A stretch of DNA of 64,000 nt from an uncultured Christensenella sp. (GTDB taxonomy: Bacteria; Bacillota; Clostridia; Christensenellales; Pumilibacteraceae). Positions 49,273-57,096 of the stretch are shown one piece after another. The stretch's first letter is position 1, and each line of letters begins with the position of its first letter. The notes beneath the pieces were generated by a model. It ran no database searches. It worked only from the letters and a program-made list of their open reading frames with translations, and was not told where the DNA came from. Where the stretch lies: the NCBI GenBank assembly GCA_910585055.1, contig CAJUBY010000001.1, positions 56,255 through 120,254 on the forward strand, read 5' to 3'. The position numbers and the translations under genes were made by a program.

Positions 49273-50283
49273 ATGGGACAGACATTCGAAAAGTATAAAA
49301 AACGGCTTATTCTCGAAGGCGTGATAAAATCATTGTTTTCGGGTCTTATCGTCGGATGCGGCGTAAACTTTACCGTAGCGTTCGTAACGTGGTTTACTGC
49401 GTTCGAAGGACTGTGGCTTGCGATAGGGCTGGGTATAGCCGCGCTGGCAGTATCGGCTCCGCTGTTTTATATTTTTAAGTTTAAGCCGACGTCCGAGGCT
49501 ATAGCGCGCAGGATCGACAGACTCGGACTGGACGAGCGTATCGTCACCATGAGAGAGCTGGAAAACGATACTTCGTACATCGCCATGCGTCAGCGCGAAG
49601 ACGCAATGCGGCATCTTGAAACCGTAAACGCAAAAAATATAAAGTTTAAATTTTCCGCGTTTTTGATAGCGCTTGTTATAGTCTGTCCCGTAGCGGCTGC
49701 CGGCATGACGACGGTTTCCGCGCTTTCGGACAGCGGTATAATTCCCGGTCCGATCGATCCGGGCGACGGCGACGAGAAGATAACGTATTACGAAGTGGAA
49801 TATACGGTAGACAACGACGATGCCGGCGAGATAATAGGCGCCGATCCCATACAGGTAGTCGCGGAAGGCGAAACCACGGAATGGGTAACGGCGGTCGCTG
49901 CCGAAGGCTGGCAGTTCGACGGCTGGGACGACGGTTATAAAGAGGCGACGCGCTGCGACATGGATATCACCGATAACATGGTGTTTACCGCGATGTTTAC
50001 GGAAGTCGAAGAGGGCGACGGCGACGAGGGCGAACCGGGCGATCAGCCCGACGATCAACCTGCCGATCCGAGCAACGGCGACAATAACGGCGATAACAAT
50101 AATTCCGGCACCCCGGGAGTGCCGCCCGATTTCGGATCGAGCAACATTATAGACGGCGACACGTACTATAAACTCGTATACGAAGAGTATTATCAAAAGG
50201 CTATGCAGTATCTTGCGGAAAATGAGGATATTCCCGATCATCTTCGCAAGATGATAGAATCGTACTTTAATATTTTGCTGTGA
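49273..50283 (+). CDS. membrane protein (3 predicted TM) with Flg_new-like ectodomain and acidic D/E/G/N/P linker
   Basis: The ATG at 49273 follows AAAGGAG. TM helices lie near residues ~15-75 and ~130-150. The ectodomain YYEVEYTVDNDDAGEIIG...EGWQFDGWDDGY...MVFTAMF resembles the Listeria-Bacteroides repeat. Confidence 0.6.
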   Translation: MGQTFEKYKKRLILEGVIKSLFSGLIVGCGVNFTVAFVTWFTAFEGLWLAIGLGIAALAVSAPLFYIFKFKPTSEAIARRIDRLGLDERIVTMRELENDTSYIAMRQREDAMRHLETVNAKNIKFKFSAFLIALVIVCPVAAAGMTTVSALSDSGIIPGPIDPGDGDEKITYYEVEYTVDNDDAGEIIGADPIQVVAEGETTEWVTAVAAEGWQFDGWDDGYKEATRCDMDITDNMVFTAMFTEVEEGDGDEGEPGDQPDDQPADPSNGDNNGDNNNSGTPGVPPDFGSSNIIDGDTYYKLVYEEYYQKAMQYLAENEDIPDHLRKMIESYFNILL

Positions 50284-50342
50284 TCTGCGGCAAATTTATA
50301 TAAGAAAAACAAATAATCAAACCGTATCGAGAGAGGTCAAAT

Positions 50343-51488
50343 ATGGTAACGGAAAAAGACATCACCAAATTCAGCGAGCAGTGCAAACAGATTTTTGCGC
50401 AGGTCGAGCGTGACGTAATAGGGCAAAAAGACATCGTGGAAGGCACCGTCATAGCCATGATCGCCGGCGGCAACGTATTGCTCGAGGGCGTTCCGGGCGT
50501 TGGCAAGACTCGTCTCGTTCGGTCGCTCGGTCGCGTTTTCAATCTGCCGTTTTCGCGTATCCAGTTTACGCCCGATCTTATGCCGGCGGACGTGACAGGT
50601 ACGAATATAATAGTCAAGGACGAAAGCGGCAATTCGTCGTTCCGTTTTCAGCCCGGACCTATATTCAGCAACATAATTCTTGCGGACGAGATAAACCGAG
50701 CGACGCCCAAAACGCAGAGCGCGCTGCTCGAAGCCATGCAGGAACATACAGTTACGGTAATGGGCGTGTCGCGTACTCTCAACGAGCCGTTTTTCGTTCT
50801 TGCGACGCAGAACCCTATAGAACAGGACGGTACGTATCCTCTGCCGGAAGCGCAGATGGACCGTTTTATGTTTAAGCTCATAGTCAAAAACCCGAGTTTG
50901 GACGAGCTTATGGACATAGTCAATATGACGCAAAAGACCATGGCGGAAGTTGCGGACTCGGCGTGCAGCGGAAACGAGCTGCTTGCAATGCGCGCCACGG
51001 CAAACCAGATCCCCGTTGCGCAGGATGTAATGCGATATGCCATGACATTGTGTTCGGCGACTCATCCCGACAGCGAGTGCGCGTCGGAAGCCGCCAAAAA
51101 ATACGTTAGGTTGGGTGCAAGTCCCCGTGCAGGTCAGGCGCTTATTTCGGCGGCAAAAGTAAAAGCGCTGTTAAAGGGACGTTTCAACGTGGCGTACAGC
51201 GACGTCAACGAGCTTGCGTATCCCGTTCTGCGTCACCGCATGAAGATGAATTTCGAAGCGATAGCCGGAAGAGTTTCCGCCGACGAAGTCATTCGTATGA
51301 TACTGGACGAGCTTGCCAAAAAGTATAAGATAGGATCTGCAAACGAACAGCCCGAAACGCCTGTTTCCGCGCAACAGACCGGCAACGACGATGCCGCGCA
51401 GCAGACTTCCGAACAGTCGGACAGCGCGGAACAGCCGGCAAACGAAGAAAAAGGCGAAAAGAAGAAACGGAGATTCGCTAAAAAATAA
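50343..51488 (+). CDS. MoxR-family AAA+ ATPase with ~50-aa low-complexity Lys-rich tail
   Basis: Walker A LLEGVPGVGKT and Walker B with the sensor region ILADEINRATPKTQSALLEAMQE. RBS GAGAGG. Confidence 0.9.
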   Translation: MVTEKDITKFSEQCKQIFAQVERDVIGQKDIVEGTVIAMIAGGNVLLEGVPGVGKTRLVRSLGRVFNLPFSRIQFTPDLMPADVTGTNIIVKDESGNSSFRFQPGPIFSNIILADEINRATPKTQSALLEAMQEHTVTVMGVSRTLNEPFFVLATQNPIEQDGTYPLPEAQMDRFMFKLIVKNPSLDELMDIVNMTQKTMAEVADSACSGNELLAMRATANQIPVAQDVMRYAMTLCSATHPDSECASEAAKKYVRLGASPRAGQALISAAKVKALLKGRFNVAYSDVNELAYPVLRHRMKMNFEAIAGRVSADEVIRMILDELAKKYKIGSANEQPETPVSAQQTGNDDAAQQTSEQSDSAEQPANEEKGEKKKRRFAKK

Positions 51489-52387
51489 TGAAGGTCTCTT
51501 ACTTAAACGATGACTTTTTCAGTCGGTTGGAGACTTTGGCGTTAAATCTGCGTACCGATCTGTCCGGATTTTTCGGAGGCAAACACCTTGTCCGTACATA
51601 CGGTCAAACGGTGGAGTTTGCCGATTATCGGGAATACCAGTTGGGCGACGACATTCGGCGTATCGATTGGAATTTGTACAGCAGGTTTGAAAAGTTTTTC
51701 ATAAAGCTGTTTACCGACGAAAGACAAATGCATGTCCGGATTTTTTTGGACTGCTCGGCTTCCATGGGAAAAGCCGATCCGCAAAAGGCTGCGTACGCCG
51801 TAAGTGCGGCGGCGGCTTTGGGGTTTTTGGCTGTCCATAATACCGATAAACTGTCTTTCAAACTGATCAAGGGCAATACTGCCGAAGATCCGTTCGGTAC
51901 TATAGTGGGGAAAACATCGTTTTTCCGTGCGATAGGCGAGCTCGAAAACGTGCAGTTCGCCGGCGAATCGGATTTGGCGTCCGCCGTGACCGGGTGTGCG
52001 GATACCGGCGGCAACGACGGTTTGACCGTTATAATTTCCGACTTTTTTACGGAAAGCGAATGGAAAAAAGCGGTCGATTACCTTACTTATAAAAAGCGAC
52101 AGGTGCTTTTGTTGCAGGTAATGACACCCGACGAAGTCGAACCTATGTATTACGGCAGAGTCAATCTTATAGATTCGGAATCGGCGGATCTTGCCGATCC
52201 CAAAAATATGAAAATGCGGATAACACGCGCCATGCAGATGGCGTACCGCGAAGCGTTGGACGACATGATCGGCGAACTGCGCACTTACTGTACTTCGCGT
52301 GGCGCCGAGTTTATTTCGGTACAGACCGACAAACCCATCGAAAAAATGTTGTTCGGCGAGTTATTGAAAGTAGGTATGATCTCATGA
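51488..52387 (+). CDS. DUF58 domain protein (VWA-like, MoxR partner)
   Basis: FADYREYQLGDDIRRIDWNLYSR... and a MIDAS-like LDCSASM. There is a 1-nt overlap with the moxR stop (TAATG). Confidence 0.85.
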   Translation: MKVSYLNDDFFSRLETLALNLRTDLSGFFGGKHLVRTYGQTVEFADYREYQLGDDIRRIDWNLYSRFEKFFIKLFTDERQMHVRIFLDCSASMGKADPQKAAYAVSAAAALGFLAVHNTDKLSFKLIKGNTAEDPFGTIVGKTSFFRAIGELENVQFAGESDLASAVTGCADTGGNDGLTVIISDFFTESEWKKAVDYLTYKKRQVLLLQVMTPDEVEPMYYGRVNLIDSESADLADPKNMKMRITRAMQMAYREALDDMIGELRTYCTSRGAEFISVQTDKPIEKMLFGELLKVGMIS

Positions 52388-54294
52388 GTTTGCTAACGCC
52401 CCTGGGACTTTTGGCGCTTATCGGGATATTTGTCCTTATTCTGATATACCTGCTGAAGCCCAATTATCAACAAAAGGTGGTTTCCAGTACGTTCGTATGG
52501 AAGTTGAGCCTTAAGTACAAAAAGAAGCGGTTGCCGATCAGCAGATTCCGCAATATACTGTTGCTCATTTGCCAGCTGCTCGTGATCGCGGCGTGCGCGC
52601 TGTTACTTACGCAACCGTTCATCCCTTCGGAATCCAACGAACATAAGATCGAAAAAATAATAATTCTCGATGCGTCGGCGAGCATGCTTGCCGAATCGGG
52701 CAATGCGACGCGCTTCGAGCGCGCTGTGGCGGAAGCGACGGAATTGTCGGAAGAGGTGCTATCTAGCGCCGACGGCATTATCACCGTCATTCTTGCCGGC
52801 GAAACGCCGGCATACGTTCTGGAACGGGTAGGGTCGACTGCGGCTGCCGACGTCGAGACCGCGCTCGGCGCGTTGATCGAGTACGGCGAGTCGGCTTGCA
52901 CATACGGTACCGTCGACATGGACGGCGCGGTGGATCTTGCCGGCAACGTGCTGGTGCAGAATCCCGACGCGGAGATCATCCTGTATACGGACACGGAATA
53001 TATCGACAAGGCGGGAATAACGGTCAAAAAGATGACCGATGCCGCGGACTGGAATGCGGCGGTGCTCGGTTGTTCCGCGGAAGTGATAGACAGAAACTTT
53101 TATACATTCAAGATAAATGTTGCGAGTTACGGCAGAGATACAGAGCTCAAGGTAGTGTGCGAGATATCGGGGGTGAACGCCGAAGAACGTACGGTAAGCC
53201 TGGAGCAAAACGTGTACTGCAACAACGACGAAACCGTCACCGTTATATTCGATGAGTTTAACAGCGATATAGCCGTGTATTCTTACGATACCGTGCATGT
53301 GTATTTCGATAACGTTATAGATTCGTTCGAGTACGACGACGAATTCTGGCTGTACGGCGGAAAAAAGGAAAAGCTGCGTATACAGTACGCCAGCTCGGGC
53401 ATAAATCCGTTTTTCGGCGCGGCGTTTATGGCTTTACGCGAAAATCTGCGTCCTACGTGGGATATCGAAATAAAGGAAGTCACCAACGGCAAGCCCGAAA
53501 CTTCCGGGTTCGACTTTTATATGTTCGAATACGACGCCATTCCGTCGACGATGCCCACCGACGGCGTTGTCATGTTTTCGTCTCCGCAAAAAGCATTGCC
53601 GACAGCATCGGGTATAGTGCTGAAAAACATAGTGCCCGTAAAGAATGCCGTAATCGACCGCGGCAATCCGCATCCGTTTACCGAATATCTGCCGCTCGAC
53701 AATCTGGGCGTAAACAGATATCAGAGCATTACGGTCGCCGACGGATTCGAAGAATTGCTTTATCTCGAGGGCAATCCGGTATTTTTGGTCAAAAACGAGG
53801 AAGCCGTTAAGATAATAGCGATGTTGTTCGGCGTGGATATGTCGTGGACGGCGGTATTTGTCGATTTCCCGATGCTTATGGGAAATATATTCGAATATCT
53901 GTTCCCGGCGACTACCGATAAATATGTCTACGACATCGGAGAATCGGTGTTGCTCAAAGCGCGCGGTAGCAGTATGACGGTAAGTTCCGATACTCTAAAC
54001 GAAGTTTATACGGAGCATATGCAATCGATAAAACCGACGGCGCCCGGGTCGTACAATGTACGTCAGCCGATCATGGGCAACGATGCCGCCAACGTAAAGG
54101 TAATGACTTCGAACTTCTTTGTAAAAGTGCCGGCGTCGGAGAGTAACATCCGCGCCGTAGAGGAAGGGCTTAAACGTCTCGACAGAAAGACCAAGTCCAA
54201 ACCGGCCGATATAGATATAGTGTTATATTTCGCAATAGCGCTCGTCACGCTGTTGTTTGCGGAACGCCTGCTGCAATCCAGAGATCAATTTTAA
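52384..54294 (+). CDS. BatA-type N-terminal double-TM domain plus VWA domain membrane protein
   Basis: The N-terminus MSLLTPLGLLALIGIFVLILIYLLKP...FVWKL resembles the aerotolerance BatA N-terminal domain. MIDAS IILDASASM and a C-terminal TM are present. ATGA overlap with the DUF58 gene. Confidence 0.75.
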   Translation: MSLLTPLGLLALIGIFVLILIYLLKPNYQQKVVSSTFVWKLSLKYKKKRLPISRFRNILLLICQLLVIAACALLLTQPFIPSESNEHKIEKIIILDASASMLAESGNATRFERAVAEATELSEEVLSSADGIITVILAGETPAYVLERVGSTAAADVETALGALIEYGESACTYGTVDMDGAVDLAGNVLVQNPDAEIILYTDTEYIDKAGITVKKMTDAADWNAAVLGCSAEVIDRNFYTFKINVASYGRDTELKVVCEISGVNAEERTVSLEQNVYCNNDETVTVIFDEFNSDIAVYSYDTVHVYFDNVIDSFEYDDEFWLYGGKKEKLRIQYASSGINPFFGAAFMALRENLRPTWDIEIKEVTNGKPETSGFDFYMFEYDAIPSTMPTDGVVMFSSPQKALPTASGIVLKNIVPVKNAVIDRGNPHPFTEYLPLDNLGVNRYQSITVADGFEELLYLEGNPVFLVKNEEAVKIIAMLFGVDMSWTAVFVDFPMLMGNIFEYLFPATTDKYVYDIGESVLLKARGSSMTVSSDTLNEVYTEHMQSIKPTAPGSYNVRQPIMGNDAANVKVMTSNFFVKVPASESNIRAVEEGLKRLDRKTKSKPADIDIVLYFAIALVTLLFAERLLQSRDQF

Positions 54295-54309
54295 AGGAGG
54301 ACGGTAGCA

Positions 54310-57096
54310 ATGACGAACTTTTCGATAGATTTTACCAATCCTTGGCTGCTGTTCCTTCTTATACCGGCAGTGTTCATCGTGCTGTTCCCGTATTTCCGTA
54401 TGGCAAAACGGTATAGACGCACGCGCAACCGTATAGTGTCCATGGTACTGTGCATCACGGTAATGGTACTGGGTATCTCCGTACTTTCGGGGCTTCATTT
54501 CGATTACGATGTCGTAAACAACAACAACGAAGTGATATTGCTAATCGATGCGTCTTACAGCGGCGGCAATGTCGAAAACGAAAAGGAAGATTTTGTTCAG
54601 GGCGTCATAAACAGCAGTTCCGAAAACTTTAAAGTGGGCATTGTGACGTTCGGTTACGATACCGTTTATGCCGTACCGATAACAGCGGAAACGGACGGGA
54701 TATACAGGAAATATCTCGCCGCGCCGCGTCCGGACGACAGCGCATCCGATATATCCGGCGCTCTCGAGTATACGCGTACGCTTTTCAAAAATCCGGAGAC
54801 CGCAAAGATAGTGCTAATAAGCGACGGTCTGGAAACGGACGGAAGTGCGCTTTCGGTCATCCGTTCTATTGCCGCGGAAGGCATAAAAGTCGATACGGCT
54901 TGTTTCACGGCGGAACGTACGGAGTCGGAAGTTCAGTTGGTGGATATAACGTTGCCCAAAACCAATATCGCAGTGGGCGATAAGTTCAATGTATCGCTTA
55001 TGGTACTTAGTTCGTATCAGGGCAAAGCGACTTTTACCATGTACGATACCGTGTTCGACGACGAAATGAACGAAAGCACGCAGGTCGTTGCCGGCGTTTC
55101 GGATTTCGATTTGAAAACGGGCGAGCAAACGGTTACCGTAGAGCATGAGTTTAACGAGCCGGGAATGCACAGGCTGCATTTTTCGGTCGAGTCGGCCGGC
55201 GATACGCTTATGCAGAATAACGGATATTATTCGTATATCGATCTGCAGGTTTACGATAAAGTGCTTATAATCGAGCGCACTGCGGGCGAGTCGCAAGCTT
55301 TCGGCGATATACTCGCGGAAAAATACGAAACGGTCGATACCGTGACGGTGACCGATGCCGAAAACATGCCGCAAACCGTCGATGCCGTTCGTGAATACGA
55401 CCAAGTCGTAATGTTCAATATTTCCAATCTGGATATGCCGCAGGGCTTCGAGGCGGTACTCAATTCCTATGTGTCGGACTTCGGCGGCGGCATGCTTACC
55501 GTAGGCGGAAACAAAGAAGAAAACGGTAAGGAAGTCGCAAACACTTATAACAGAGAAGCGATGCTTCAGTCCGAATATTATCAGGCAATGTTGCCCGTTC
55601 AAGCTGTCGATTATACGCCGCCGCTCGGCACGGTCGTTATTATCGACCGGTCCGGCAGTATGATGTCCAACGATGCCACCACCGGAAAAAGGCTGTTTGA
55701 TCTTGCTAAGGAAGGCGCCAAGTCCTGTCTGTATGCGATGACGGAACGCGACTGGTGCGGAATAATGACTTTGGAAACGGGTTACAGCGAAGAGCTTACC
55801 CTTACGCCCCTTACTTTGCAGCATAAAATAGTGGAAGCAATAGACGCCATAAGCGACGAAGGCGGCGGAACTGCGTTCGCTCCGGCTATAGCGCAGGCAG
55901 GCAGAGCTTTGCGTGCGCTTAAAGAAGTCGAGAAAAAACATATAATCCTTGTGACCGACGGCGAGCCGGGAGATTCTTTCGATACCTATAACGCGGCTAT
56001 CGCGGAAAACACTAAAAACAATATAACTTTTTCCATAGTCGTAGTAGGCAATACCAACAGAAAAGATTTGGAGATCGCAGCGGAAGAAACGGGTAAAGGT
56101 CATTTTTATAAAGTAACAAACGGCGAAGAGCTTACGCGTATCATGCGCGAAGACCTTACCGTTCCCGAGATAAAAGATCTTATTTTCGACGAAAACGGAT
56201 TTACGCCAAGGATAGGGACGCACACGTCGGTCGTCAACGGCGTGCTCGATCTTATTACCGGAGAAAACGCCGAAGAGATGCCCAAAATGTACGGATACTA
56301 CGGCACCAAGCTTAAAAGCGGCGAAAACATAAAAGTCGATACTCCGCTGATGGGTGAATTTGTACCGCTGTACGCGCAGTGGGCATACGGCAAAGGTAAT
56401 GTCGGAAGCTTTATGAGCGATCTCAACGGAAATTGGTCTAGAGACTTTTTGGCTAGCAATGTCGGGAAGGCGTTTATATACGGTATGGTAAATGCGCTGT
56501 TCCCGACGGAGGATATAAGATCGCGCGATCTCGACGCTTTACTCAAGGAAGATAACTATAGTACGCAAATGAGCGTATATACGGAACTCAAGGAAACAGA
56601 AACGCTGGAGATAACCGTAACGCCGCCGCAGACCGACGGGAGAGCGGAGTCGGATTCGACCGTTATCAAGTTTACGGCAAAGGACAATTACAGCAGGGTA
56701 ACATTTAAAAATACCCTACCGGGCATTCACCGTATAGTACTGCAAAAGAAAGACGCGCAGGGTAATGTTTTATCGGAATTCGTTACCTACCGTGCTTTCT
56801 CGTATTCCAAGGAGTACGATGTATTTGCCGATACCGAAGCAGGTACGGCGCTTATGACCGATCTTGCAAAGGGCGGCAACGGGAAGGTTCTGACCGATCC
56901 GTGGGAAGCGTACGACAATTCGGTGGAGAACTTCCACAGAACGTACGATCCGCGCGTGCCGTTTATAATAATCGCGCTGATACTGTTCCTGCTCGACATT
57001 GCCGTACGCAAGTTCAAGTTTAAATGGCTGCACGAGATAATCCGCGACCGTAAAAACAGAAAGAACAACGCAAACGGCGAAAGGAGTGCGTCATGA
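54310..57096 (+). CDS. 928-aa membrane protein with two VWA domains and a central GATase1-like segment
   Basis: BatA-like N-terminal TMs. VWA1 reads LLIDASYSGG. VWA2 reads VIIDRSGSMMS...GGGTAF...ILVTDGEPGD. A C-terminal TM is present, and the RBS is AAAGGAGG. The GATase1-like call is by eye only. Confidence 0.75.
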   Translation: MTNFSIDFTNPWLLFLLIPAVFIVLFPYFRMAKRYRRTRNRIVSMVLCITVMVLGISVLSGLHFDYDVVNNNNEVILLIDASYSGGNVENEKEDFVQGVINSSSENFKVGIVTFGYDTVYAVPITAETDGIYRKYLAAPRPDDSASDISGALEYTRTLFKNPETAKIVLISDGLETDGSALSVIRSIAAEGIKVDTACFTAERTESEVQLVDITLPKTNIAVGDKFNVSLMVLSSYQGKATFTMYDTVFDDEMNESTQVVAGVSDFDLKTGEQTVTVEHEFNEPGMHRLHFSVESAGDTLMQNNGYYSYIDLQVYDKVLIIERTAGESQAFGDILAEKYETVDTVTVTDAENMPQTVDAVREYDQVVMFNISNLDMPQGFEAVLNSYVSDFGGGMLTVGGNKEENGKEVANTYNREAMLQSEYYQAMLPVQAVDYTPPLGTVVIIDRSGSMMSNDATTGKRLFDLAKEGAKSCLYAMTERDWCGIMTLETGYSEELTLTPLTLQHKIVEAIDAISDEGGGTAFAPAIAQAGRALRALKEVEKKHIILVTDGEPGDSFDTYNAAIAENTKNNITFSIVVVGNTNRKDLEIAAEETGKGHFYKVTNGEELTRIMREDLTVPEIKDLIFDENGFTPRIGTHTSVVNGVLDLITGENAEEMPKMYGYYGTKLKSGENIKVDTPLMGEFVPLYAQWAYGKGNVGSFMSDLNGNWSRDFLASNVGKAFIYGMVNALFPTEDIRSRDLDALLKEDNYSTQMSVYTELKETETLEITVTPPQTDGRAESDSTVIKFTAKDNYSRVTFKNTLPGIHRIVLQKKDAQGNVLSEFVTYRAFSYSKEYDVFADTEAGTALMTDLAKGGNGKVLTDPWEAYDNSVENFHRTYDPRVPFIIIALILFLLDIAVRKFKFKWLHEIIRDRKNRKNNANGERSAS

